DNA of 64,000 nt from Octopus sinensis (taxonomy: Eukaryota): positions 11,904,001 through 11,968,000 of the forward strand of contig NC_043021.1 in NCBI RefSeq assembly GCF_006345805.1. The letters run 5' to 3'. Positions 32,765 to 44,792 of this stretch are shown in pieces. Position 1 is the first letter of the stretch. Each line of letters opens with the position of its first letter. The position numbers were made by a program, and so were the translations under genes. The notes under the pieces were generated by a model. The model did no database searches, was not told where the DNA came from, and worked only from the letters and a program-made list of their open reading frames with translations.

Positions 32765-35700
32765 GTTGCTAGCCATTCAAAAATAAGTTTGGTCATGATC
32801 TTATTAGATTTTGAAAAACTTTTCTTTGAGTCCCTGGTCGAACAAATTTATGATGAAATGTGTTCCAGCCATGTTTGTTTCTCTTTGCTGTCAAAGCAGT
32901 AATTTGGTTGTTTTTTTTTGTTTTTTTTTAGCTTTTTTAAAACCCTAGGCTTCAAATTCTAGCTGGTCGACCATTCAAAATTTCCCAAAAGATTGGTCGA
33001 TTTGTATAAAATATCAAAAGATCGGGGTGGGTGGGGATATCAAGCAAATTACCAACGCTGATTCCGACTCTACTTTCGATATTTGAAAGATTTCTAGTCT
33101 TACAAACATTAAAAAAGACCCCTTCAACCATAATCAACATCACTAAATTTTGTCATTGAATAGAACATGGTTTGCTGACGTGGTCGAAAAAAAACTCAGC
33201 AAACTGTCTATTGGCATTTGTGATGGAAATCCGTGTCCGGAAAAAGAAAACGCTCGTTGAGTTTCGAGACAAGATCTACTCCAATCTAAATTGTCCAATA
33301 TTTTCCAGAAATCTCAACTGATTTGACTGGAATTATCTCCGTTGCTTGATCTTGATCTTTAAATACTCTAAGAACAGACTTCTTTTTGCATAATCTCAGT
33401 TAATCAGATTTGTCTTAAATTACATAAAACGCTACATTTCCAAAAATGTTTCCTCTTCATGCTAAGAGCAATTTTTTTTTCCATAATCATAGGTATTTTG
33501 ATATCTAAATTAATTACAGAATAAATTCAGGACTGCTGGCATTGGTAATTTTGATTTCTATTCAAGATTAGACTTAATATCCTTTGACCGTAAGGATTCT
33601 CGTCAGGAATATCTTGGTCTGCTATTTTTCTAGGAAAAATACTTAGCAACATTCTGTCCGTCTTCACTTTCGGAGTTGAAATTCCGTGGAGGTCGACACT
33701 GCCTTTCATCCTTCCGGGATAGATAAAATAAATACCAGTCGAACTCTGGGATGATTAAATCGACTTTTCTCTTGCCCCGAAATTGCTAGCCTTGCACCAA
33801 AATTTGAAACCAATATTCTTTAATAAATTGGTTTATTTTATTTTTTATTAGCTCAACATAAATTTTAATACATTTACTGGATACTAGATGGTTTCCGTGT
33901 TGAAGCTCCTATGAGCTTGTTTCACAGGGCCTTTTCCACTAGTACAATTTGTCATGTGTAGTACAACACTTCGACAGTTGTTTTAATCTTGGAAATATTT
34001 TCCTTATTCTAAGCATCTTTTAGTAACTTAGTAGCAATATGCAATGTTCATTGGTAACAGATGTGAAAATGCTTTTCGTGTCTTTACTCAAGACAAGTTC
34101 ATTCAGAGAAGCAAACACTTACGTTGTAACAATTTCATTTTGGTTTCTAATTACCTTAATACCAATTGCAAGCTTCTGTGTTATTTCTTAGATATGTTGA
34201 CGTATTCTTAGACATGCAGTTCGAAGTGTTAGTTTGTATTCTTTAGATGAGAGTTGTCTCTGGCCCTCAACTTTCTTTTGAATCATGGGTATGTCCTCTT
34301 AACTGTACTGTATACTAGTTTTTCTTCGACTGTCTTGGCTACGTGTCACAGCTTCTGTCTTCTAACGATTTGCCTGTCTGAATTTTGCTGTTGTTAGTCC
34401 ATTCGTTGTTTTTCTGACCTTTTTTTTTTATACCTCCTGAATGTTTTCCGTCCTACGTTTCATGTGGTCGTTTGGGAGTATTCATTTACATCGTAATCAG
34501 ATTTCGTCATTTCTCTTGGTCTTCTGTTTGAGACTGCAAAATTGAAGTCTGTGAACTCTCTCAATCCGGACGACGATCGTTCCGGCATGGAGTCTTATCT
34601 GGTTGTCGTCATGAATGTGTGTACACGTTAGCTGTATCATGAGCAAATTATCAATGTTTCGCCCATTCCTCTTCAAGCTGTTGGCCATAGCCGTATTCTT
34701 CTACTTGAGCCACGTCTTCGCCCCGAGCGCTAAACTGTTTGTAGTGTGGAGGAAAAGGACAACAGAAAAAAAGAAGCAAACGGGATAAAGATATACAAAA
34801 GGCCTTACCTGTTGACCTCGGCGGAATGAGCGATCACACTGAAGAAATAAACACGTCTTTCCTCGCTGCCTGTTTCTTTATTACCCATAAAGGGCTACAC
34901 AGAATGGACAGTACAAACATTGGGGACACAAAACATCACAATATGGATAAATGAATTATGAAAATGATAGGTGAAAGCGATGCCAACGGCCCCATCCGCT
35001 AGTATCACTTACCTGTCCTTCAGTCGTCAGTCCCAAACAAATACCCCTTGCTCAGTCCCAATATAATATACCTCCATCTCTATCCTTCTCTCGAACCTCT
35101 CTTCCAATTCCTTCACCGTCTCTTCATCCATTTTCACTTTAAATATTTCCCAGTCCTCCCTTTCACACCTTTCCATAAACTCATCTACTTGTTCCTTTGC
35201 AATTACTGCGTATCTACTCCATCCCTTATCACACCATTGGTAGTATACCATTGTCTTTTTTATCTCCTCCTTCCCTGCAATACATAAAATGTTGGGCCTA
35301 GGTTCTTTTTTTGGTGTCTTGGCTGTGTGTATCTTTTGACCATAACGATTCCTGTGAGGAATATCTCGGTCTGATAAAATTTTCTTCATGCGTTGACTCA
35401 ATGTGGATGTACAGATATAAATCTGAGAATTTTATTGAACGTTATTTTTATGTTGGTCAAAAGTTGAGGCAATGGCTGTGACATTTTAGTTGCACTAAAA
35501 TAAGATGTCGTCCCGAGTGAATCAGAATGTTCTAATTCAGAATTGATGGCCTTGAGATAGTTGTTGAAGAGTTTTTGTGGGGCCCTCAGGTTAATTCGTA
35601 AGCAGCTTTTTAGAGGTATTCCAGCTGTGATCATTGTTTTAAATGGACCACATTCTCCAAAGAGTGCTTTCATTATTTAAACACAACGAAAGTAAAATTT

Positions 35701-36279
35701 GAATGGAATTTGGCTGCTATTCCAAGCATATCAGCTAATCTTCACGAGTGGTTGTGAGTTAGTGGTTGTAGCGTGTTGGTGAGTGAATTGTTACCGCAAG
35801 CTGCTGCAATGATCTTATTTTTGATCCATTCAAATGTTCTATGTATAATATGTATAGTAGCAACACTATTGTCTTTGCATATATGGGTAGTAGCTGTTTG
35901 ACTAGGCCTTTCTATATATGTCATCAAGCAGTGTATTACTTGTTCGTCGGAAAGATTGTCTATTTTCGTGCTTACTGTAGCATTCAGGCAATAACTGATG
36001 ACTTTTCAGACATTTCTTTTTAAGAGTATCCTGGTGTAGAGTTGGTTAGGTGAGATATGTGCATGATTTGGTAGAATATCCTGTTATCTTTCAACGGCTT
36101 TAAATGCTAGGGTGAAATATTGGAACTTGAACGAAAATTTTCTGTAGTCTAGTGTCATGATGGCACTCACTGGCAATTCCAAGCACATTCTCTGTTGGAG
36201 AACTGCATAGATCGAAAAACTAAACCTGGAAATTGTTTCTGCTAATTTCCATGCTCATGTAAGTGAAACATATGAGATA
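32200..36279 (-). mobile_element. Old degenerate non-LTR element Q1 (continues at 52773-53100 after a nested insertion)
   Basis: RT-like TAGIP...LFNNYLKAINSEL followed, after a frameshift, by FTRDDILF. Colinear similarity with 53150-56240. Confidence 0.55.
34873..35330 (-). mobile_element. 5'-truncated ORF1-only element W
   Basis: NILCIAGKEE...FKVKMDEETVKELE aligns with Z (HILCFVKKED...IKVTFSDERIKEYE). 3' UTR shares GGCCCCATCCGC...CACTTACCTGTCCTTCA with Z and ends in GCCCTTTATGGGTAATAAAGAAA. Confidence 0.75.
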
Positions 36280-36769
36280 CTAGTAGTATTGCCCGGCTCA
36301 ACGGGGATTTCAGGGGAGAGTTTCAGGGAGTCGCTGACGATGTATCGTGATGATCAAAAATCCGGCCTGCTAAAATTTGGTTAAAGTGATTCAAACTGCA
36401 GACTCAACGCTAAATGGTCACATTTAATTCAAAGTGTTAAAAATGTTATGAAAACAATTGGTATGCGTTCACAAAGTCCAAACGATTAATACGAAAAAAC
36501 CCTCCAGGCTACATCCCGAAACTTCATTTCTTCGCCGAATTTCTATTTCTTTATTACCCACTAGGGGCGACACAGAACGTACAGAACAAGACATTGGGGA
36601 CATAGAACATTACAATTAAAAGTATGGAGAATGAATTTTTTTAATGAAAATGATATGGAAGTGATGCTGACGGCCCCATCCGCCAGCACCACTTACCTGT
36701 CCTTCATAACCCATCGTCATTTATCATCTATCAAAAGCCCATCTTTTCTTATCATTTTCTCACTTAACC

Positions 36770-37272
36770 GCAGGAGTGGCTGTGTGGTAAGTAGCTTGCT
36801 AACCAACTACATGGTTCCGGGTTCAGTCCCACTGCGTGGCACCTTGGGCAAGTGTCTTCTGCTATAGCCCCGGGCCGACCAATGCCTTGTGAGTGGATTT
36901 GGTAGACGGAAATTGAAGGAAGCCTGTCGTGTATGTGTATATATATATATATATTATATATTATATTATATATATTATATATTATATATTATATTATATT
37001 ATATTATATTATATATTATATTATATATTATATATTATATATTATATATATATATTATATTATATTATATATATATGTGTTTGTTTGTCCCCCTACCATT
37101 GCTTGACAGCCGATGCTAGTGTGTTTGCGTTCCCGTCACTTAGCGGTTCGGCAAAAGAGACCGATAGAATAAGTACTGGGCTTACAAAGAATAAGTCCCG
37201 GGGTCGATTTGCTCGACTAAAGGCGGTGCTCCAGCATGGCCGCAGTCAAATGACTGAAACAAGTAAAAGAGT
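36770..37272 (+). mobile_element. SINE family A with an expanded AT-rich microsatellite
   Basis: Full head and tail; inserted into Z. Confidence 0.92.
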
Positions 37273-37988
37273 AACCTTTCATACTCTTTTATCCTCTCAT
37301 CCGAAAATGTCACCTTAATCACTTTTATACCCTCATTTACACACATCATCATTGTGTCCATTACTTCACCTGCCATCACCATGTAACTCCCATCTTCTCT
37401 CTCATACCATGCATCTTTACCAAAGATTCTTTACGAATTCTCATTGTCTTCCTTTTTTACAAAACATAAAATATGGGACTTGGGATTTTGTTTACTTTGT
37501 GTGTCATTATTTTTTGGTTTTCTTGTAGGCGGGGAGTGGGTGGGATCTTTGTTTGCAGGGGAAGGATGGGGCTCAGAGGGTGCGGGTGGTGTTGGGGTTC
37601 CACATAGTTCGATTTTTCTTTTTCTTTTTTTCCTTACATTCTCCCATTTCGTCTGGCCTTCCTTCTCCTCCTCCGTTTCTTCCTCCTCAGCTTTTTCCTG
37701 CTCCACCTCCTCCTTTTCCTGGTTTACAGTTTCTTGTGGGGGGAGGGCAGTAGGCTCTTATGTGGGCCCCTCAGGCCACACTTATAGCACCTTGGTGCTC
37801 TGCCCTCCACCCACACACTCTCATTACTATATTCCCCAAGATTATGTTCTCCGCCATCTTTTCTAGTGCACCCTCCTCTGCTTGAACGCTCATCTCTAGC
37901 GTTTTGCCACGTAAACCTTCATTTTTTTTTTTACGGTCGCTTGCAAAATGTCCGTCTCTTCTTCCACATCTTTTATAATCGCCGTGAC

Positions 37989-38074
37989 GATTGGTTAAAG
38001 TGATTGGTTAAAGTGATTGATTGGGTTAAAGTGATTGGGTTAAAGTGATTGGGTTAAAGTGATTGGGTTAAAGT
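37989..38074. repeat. 13/14-bp tandem repeat GATTG(G)GTTAAAGT x6
   Basis: Visible directly; interrupts Z ORF1. Confidence 0.95.
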
Positions 38075-39031
38075 GAATCGCCCATTCACCCTCTGTGTGT
38101 GTGGGGGGGAATCCCTTCAACTCTTATTCTATTTATTCTTTGGTTCATGTAGGATGGTAATAATATTACTTTTTCAGTTTTTATTGTCTTCGTTGCCATT
38201 TTCTTTGCTATATTTTTGTTTCCAAACTGCACTATTATAGTTCCGAACTTGTTTCCTCTTGTCATGAATGTGATTTCTTCCTCCTCCTCTCTCCTTAGCG
38301 CCTCCTCAATATCTTTCATTTTTATCATTTCTACTTTCTTATTTTCTTTTCCATATGTCCGGTATTTTATAATTCTCTTCATAAACCATTCTTCGCGTTT
38401 CTCTGGAAGTAGTTTTACCTCGCCACCTTCTTTGGTTATGTAAGCTTGAAAACCTGGCAATTTTTCTAGGTTTATCTCTTTTTTTCCTCTGCTGCTCCAG
38501 CGTACGTTTTCCCGGCTTTAATATCCATATTATTCACAGCGCCGATCAGCTCGTCCTCAGAGGTCGATGCTTCTGACAAGGTCTCGAATAACCATTCCTC
38601 CTCCGACTCTTCCATTAGGGAGGGGTCGTCCATATCCTTTTGTCTGTCTCACCACAGACAGACAACGGCCGCCAGAGCAGAAACAGTACAACAAGAAACC
38701 GTATCAACAAACGTACAATAACAATAACAATTTTTGCAACTTACAATTCCAGGAGCGTTCAAAAACAACCGACGTTCTCAAAAATTCTTTGCCGAATTTC
38801 TAATTCTTTATTATCCACTAGGGGCGACACAGAAATGAACATTACAATCACGAATGATGATACATTAAAATGCTATTTTGGGGGTCAATTAACATTTTTT
38901 TTTCTTTTGTGATACATAAAATTCCAATGAAATACAAAGACAGTTTTACAAAATTGACGAATGCAGTGGGGCGGGTCCGCGGACCCCACGCTCCCCGCCA
39001 CGACACTTAGCCTTGTTTTTCTTTTACGGGT

Positions 39032-42000
39032 CTATCTCGTATTTGTGAGGGACCTTTTACTCGCCACATTTTTCCACCTTTCATCAAACACTTTCTTACT
39101 CAGGTTCCTCCTCTCCAGTTCTATTTGTCTTTTCAGGTGGAATTTGAAGTATTCCACCAGACTAGAACCGGAGATGAAGTCGCCTGTTAGCATTCCTTTC
39201 ACCCTTGTCTTCCATACTGCCTGTTTCGCAGTTGAAACCACAGAGAAAACAATTCTTACCTTCTTTCGTTAAGTCAGGTGGGCTGATTTTTACAATGGAT
39301 TCGGCTGATAGCTGTACTCTTTCTCCACTTGACATCAGTTGTTCGGCGTAAACCCACATGTCTGTCACCTCCGGGCACTGCACGATCGCGTGCGAGACGG
39401 TTTCCCTGTCTCGCCCACATCTCGCGCAGGTCGGGCTGACTGGGGCACCATGCCTTGCAAGTTTGTCTCGAACAGGTAAGGCTCCTCGGTAACACTGCCA
39501 AACCAGACTTCTGGATATTATCCAGTGCCTTCGGCCCGAATGTACGTTGGAACAGACTGGCCAGCTGATTATCGTCGAAACCTAGGGTTTCCCCTAGCGT
39601 ATCATCGTTACCGGCCTCTACCAACCCTCTATAAAACACAGCGGTAGAACCACTGCCGCAGGCATTGCCCGAGCGACGGAATAGTCGGAGTGCCTTACGA
39701 CACTCCGTGTACCATGTACCCAACTTCGATCTACGATTATACCAGTCTTCCCGTCCACCGAAACTGGCGAACCTGGGGAACATCTGCTTCGCCAGCGGAG
39801 ACCACACCCGTTCACCATCCAGATGGATCCACAGGTGCCTTAGCCTCAGCGCATTTCTGCGCATCATTAGCCACGGCATCCCTAGTCCACCCTTTAACGG
39901 TTTTTGACAACAAATAGAGCGTCTCACAAGTGGTTTCGAGCCCTTCCACAAAAAGTGAAAGAGCTGTCTCTCCAACTTGTTCAACCACGAATCCGGGCAA
40001 GGCAAGGCGGTAGGTGATCACCGATGCGATAAACACATTGGCTACCTCCGCCCTACCTTTCAGGGATAACCACCGCCAAGACCAGGTCTTGACTACTGCG
40101 GCCACCCTGCTCGATACCTCGCTCCAGTTCTCCTCTATTTGGAGGCCTGGTCCAAACCAGACCCCGAGCAACTTAATCGGACCCTCCGTCCAACGTCCCA
40201 CGACGTTGTCTGGAGGCATCGACTTGCCTCTCCAGGTGCCGAGTTGCAAGCCGACCGACTTTTCACGATTAACTTTTGCTCCTGTCACCGTCTCGTAAAC
40301 CTCTATGGCCTTGCCTACTTTACGTATGTGGTCCACTTCAGTCACGATGATAGTGATGTCATCCGCGTACGCCGAAACCGACATATCACGTCCTAGTTGC
40401 CTCGGGATGCCGCTCAGTTTTCGCAGCAGCGGCTCAAGAGCCACTACATACAAAAGCGAGGAGAGCGGACATCCCTGGCGGACCGAGCGTTTGACTTTGA
40501 ACGGCTTAGAAAGAAAGCCGTTCACCCGAACTACCGAGTCGACGTTGTCATACATTTCTAAGATCCACCTGAGGAAGCCAAGACCCAGGCCGAACTGAGC
40601 CTGAACGGACACCAGGTAGTGATGGTCGACCCTATCGAAAGCTTTTGACTGGTCTAAATGGACCACTGCCCCTCCCTTGCCGGGATCATTATTTATTCCC
40701 TCTAGCGTGTATCTAATAAGATGGAGATTATCCTGAATGGCTCTGCCTGGTACGGCGCACGTTTGCGCTTTCTCAATCAGTCCATTCGCGACACGCGCCA
40801 ATCTGTTCGATAACACTTTGGCCAAAATCTTCAGCTCTGAGTTAAGCAGTGATGGGCCTGAAATTATATATTACATCCCCCTTGCTCTGGTCCTTCTTGA
40901 TTAGCGTCACCACTCCCCGGCGCACAGATCTGGGAATAAACCCATTCTGCTGCCAGTTTGCGTAGACGTTCGTCAGTAAGTCCCCGAACAAGGCCGGCAT
41001 ACTTTTATAAAGCTCGTAGGGCAGACCATCCAGTCCCGGCGCCTTACCCGCACTGCAGTCTGCCATGGCCTCTATTACCTCCTCAGGTGTGATCGGCTTC
41101 TCACTACACTCCGTGCCCTGCCCCGAGAGGCGCGGCAGCCCGTCGAGGAGGTCCGTAAGGTCCCTCCTCTCATCCGCCCCCCCCCAAAAGAGCTGGGCGA
41201 AGTGGTCCTGAAAAGCTTGACACATCTCCTCGGGTTCGTCTGTCAACTTACCTTGTTGGTTCGTCAGAGATCGAATTGTGGCATCGTTGCCACGTTGGGC
41301 TTCCACCACTCGGGCCCATCCCGCGGCATTAATTCCTTCGCTCCCCATTGTACGTTGTCTAGCCCTGACAATGCAACCCATGTGTTTGGCTTCGAGGTGC
41401 TGGTTTAAAACCAGTCTCTTGGCCTTCACCTGAGCCGCGTTGCCAGTTCGCATTGCTTCCTCTAGGTCCTTAACTAGAGTAGTTTCTTTTCTAGCCTCTC
41501 TAGCTACGAGATCTGCACTATACCTAATACTCATATTTTATGGTTCGCTTGAGGGCATACCACCATTTGTTGTTAATAATGGAACCGGTCAATGCCCTCT
41601 GGATCATTAACCTAATCCTGTCACTGTACTCCTTAATCGCCAAAAGGGACGTATTAAGTTTCCAGTAACCAGGACCTTTATTTATCTTATCTACGTCTAG
41701 CTTACAGGTGACCATCTTGTGGTCACTGTAGCTGACTGTGGAGCTGTGGACTCTTAACTAGGTTTCTATCTACCTTCCTAATTAAAATCCTATCTATGTA
41801 AGACCTTGACGATCCGTCGCTGTTTGATCATGTCCACAATGGAGCGTCCGGATATTCCAGTCTATATGGATCTACCAGCTCAAAACGTCTTAGTAGATCC
41901 AGGAAGCCAGCGTTTCCTTTCCTATTCGTTTGCGAGCCTACACAGTCTACCTGCACATCGCAGATTGTGTTGAAGTCCCCAAACATTACTACAGGGTACG

Positions 42001-42391
42001 ATGTACTCAGAAACTTCTCCAGATTCCGAAAATAATCACTTTTCCCGTTACCGGAGGGTGCGTAAACCGCAACCAGCCTGATTGTCTTACGACTGCTGAA
42101 CGTCAACTCAACGACGACCAGCCTACCTTCTGGATCTGCAAAAATCAACTTTTTCCCAGAAACCCGGTTCTTTTTAACCAGGACCAACACCCCGCTTCCG
42201 CTGCCCGCCGGGTTCGGAGAGATAATTCCCTCGTAGCCGTCGAACAACGGGAGCAGATCTCTTGGCCCCTTTAACCGGGTTTCTGTGGCAACATCTAAAT
42301 CCCGTGACCTGATGTCATTTAGGAGGCGCCCTTGCTTCCAGCTCGTCATCAGGCCACGCACATTTAAACACCCTACACAAATGCGAGACAT
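39032..42391 (-). pseudogene. Tx1 ORF2 (endonuclease + reverse transcriptase), several frameshifts and a stop
   Basis: ORF fragments 41828-42391, 41524-41715, 40842-41534, 39812-40825, 39274-40005, 39162-39383 and 39032-39241 are colinear. Confidence 0.93.
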
Positions 42392-42571
42392 TATTTACCT
42401 TATCAGTTTTTTCCTGCTCTGGTGGTCGTGAGGGGGAAGTTCGCTTTAAATAATGACTCGTGAGGGTCGAGTCGCGGACCCTTAATGTCCCCCCCCGGGT
42501 ACTCCTCTCTTATATTATAGTTCATTCTGTCAATCTTGAAAACCTCGACATTCTTGGGGAGTACCCTATGT

Positions 42572-42864
42572 TGTTTTATTATTACCCACAAGGGGCGAAC
42601 ATAGATGGGACAATACAATCTGATGATGGGGTCAGATACACGAATGGGTTTTACAACAAAGCGAATTTTAAAAATTTACAAAAAATTACAAAATATAAAA
42701 AATCGAATGGAGAACAGACCGGAAGACATTACGGATGGAGTGGGAGCGGGTTTAGCTCGGACCCCACGAGCCCCGCCTCCCCACTGATACTTTGGTTTCG
42801 TCCGGTTTTACATTTATGTGGTAACATCCATTCGCAACTTTCGTGCTACATTTTTCCATCGTTC
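42572..42864 (-). mobile_element. 293-bp 3' fragment T of a related Tx1 element, flanked by ~160-bp direct repeats
   Basis: Encodes ERWKNVARKLRM (host ORF2 end: DERWKNVASKRS) plus a 3' UTR and GCCCCTTGTGGGTAATAATAAA tail. Repeats at 42411-42571 and 42865-43024. Confidence 0.88.
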
Positions 42865-44173
42865 TTCCTGCTCTGGTGGTCGTGAGGGGGAAGTCCGCTT
42901 TAAATAATGACTCGTGAGGGTCGAGTCGCGGACCCTTAATGTCCTCCGGGTACTCCTCTCTTATTATATTATAGTTCATTCTATCAATCTTGAAACCCTC
43001 GACATTCTTGGGAGTACCCTATGTGTGTTGATCTTGTGTGCCGTTGGGACATTGTCCAGATATTTAGTTAGTCTGTCGTTTGCATTGTTTATAGAAATGT
43101 ATACTGTCTCGAACTCTATTATTTTTTCCCCTTTTTGTGGGAAACCAAGTTTGGGAGGGGTGGGTTTCCCCCCCTGGGTGTTAGTCTTTTTTATGTCAGG
43201 GTTTGGTGTGTTCGTGTCTGCGTTTTTCCTTTTCTTCACTTTCCTTGGTGTTATAAATTCGTCTTGTGTTTTCTCTGCTGTTACGGTCTTATTTTTCCTC
43301 CTCTCCTCTTCTGTTTTTCTCTTCTCTTCTTCCTCCTTCTTGCGGGCGGGGCATTCTGCTCGGATGTAGCCCTTTTCGCCACACCCGTAGCATCTGGGCT
43401 TACGCCCTTCTACCACCACCCGCAAATTTATATCGTCCTCGAAGTCGATACTTTCAGGGACCTCTTCTAATGTTTCCGGTGTTGCCTGCACTATTACCTG
43501 CAGCGCCTGTCCCCTTCCAGTTCTCCTTCTGAATCTTCGTTATGTTAATAATTTTTATTCCTTCCGGCCCCATAAATAGGGCTGGAATGAGGCACTTTAC
43601 CTCAATTTCAATCGGGATCTCTTCTGTTTTGATTTTCGATGTACGCCTCCCCATATAGGTGGGGAGGAGAATTATTTCATTCGTTTTAATGGGGTTGATT
43701 GAGTGGATCTTTGCTTTTTCTTCCTCTTTGAAGTATACCACAATTGTGGCATACTTCCTTCCCCGTGTCACGAATTCTATGTCTGACCAAATTGGTTTTA
43801 AACATTTTTCCGCTTGTTCTTTACTGATTTTTTTTTTTTCCTATTTTTTTTTCCTTGATTAAAAATGATTTTAAAATCAGTTTTTTTTTTTTTCATTGTT
43901 TATCTTAATTTCTTCTTGGAGGGTAGCCTTTATGCTGCTCCCCTCCCTCTTAAACGTTTCCTTGTATTTTTCAAAGTCTATATCTTCTGGTTTGATGTCT
44001 TCTGTCTTTGTCTTTCTGCCTGCTGCGGCTGCAAAGTTGAATTTCTTTTTTCTTTTTAATTGGTGAACTTGTTTCAGCCTCTTCTGTTTTGTTTCCTTTT
44101 GTAGGTGAACCTACATTCTTTTCCTTCAAAGGTGAACCTTCATTGGTAACGACTTCGTTTTTTTGTTATCCAT
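42752..44173 (-). pseudogene. Tx1 ORF1 (RRM-like + zinc knuckle), frameshifted
   Basis: ORF fragments 43454-43771, 42976-43491 and 42752-42979. Similar to ORF1 of Z and V. Confidence 0.85.
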
Positions 44174-44188
44174 TTTTCACAAATGGAT

Positions 44189-44552
44189 GCAGGAGTGGCT
44201 GTGTGGTAAGTAGCTTGCTAACCAACCACATGGTTCCGGGTTCAGTCCCACTGCGTGGCATCTTGGGCGAGTGTCTTCTGCTATAGCCTCGGGCCGACCA
44301 ATACCTTGTGAGTGGATTTGGTAGACGGAAACTGAAAGAAGCCTGTCGTATGTATGTATGTATGTGTTTGGGTGTATGTGTTTGTTCCTCTAGCATTGCT
44401 TGACAACCGATGCTGATGTGTTTGCGTCCCCGTCACTTAGCGGTTCGGCAAAAGAGACCGATGTAATAAGTCCCGGGGTCGAGTTGCTCGACTGAAGGCG
44501 GTGCTCCAGCATGGCTGCAGTCAAATGACTGAAACAAGTAAAAGGGTAAAGA
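44189..44552 (+). mobile_element. SINE family A inserted in the 5' UTR of X
   Basis: Full copy; duplicated at 50596-50958. Confidence 0.92.
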
Positions 44553-44792
44553 TATATATATATATATATATATTTTTTTTTTTTTTAAATTGTGTTGACA
44601 CACAAAATATATTTCACAATATTTCCCCTCCTTAAAGGAGGGGAATAACAAAGTTATCTGGTTCACAAAACCAGACAAAGTTCAACACAATAAATCAACT
44701 GACAATTTTCAAACACGGAAATTAAACACAATTTTAACAATTCACTAGCTCACCTTCAAAAACACAACCGACGCCTTCAAAAATTCTTTGCC

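Larger units (their letters stand above)
36537..38793 (-). mobile_element. ORF1-only non-autonomous Tx1-related element Z (frameshifted; contains a SINE A and a 14-bp repeat)
   Basis: 5' UTR, ORF1 from ATG ~38634 with an RRM-like FMTRGNKFGTIIVQF segment and a CYKCGLRG-HIRAYC knuckle, no EN/RT, Tx1-type 3' tail. Confidence 0.8.
38794..44755 (-). mobile_element. Full-length Tx1/L1-clade LINE X (inactivated)
   Basis: ORF1 with a zinc knuckle (RCYGCGEKGYIRAEC). ORF2 has APE (CLNVRGL, VYAP, GDFN), GPGYWKLNTSLL and RT (KAPGLDG, DQSKAFDRVDH, RQGCPLS, YADDI). Confidence 0.95.

Noticed and set aside
42411-43024. The 160-bp direct repeats read as LTRs of a TRIM-like element
   Set aside because: No TG...CA ends, PBS or PPT. 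The repeats are host ORF1 sequence and the interior is a LINE 3' end.
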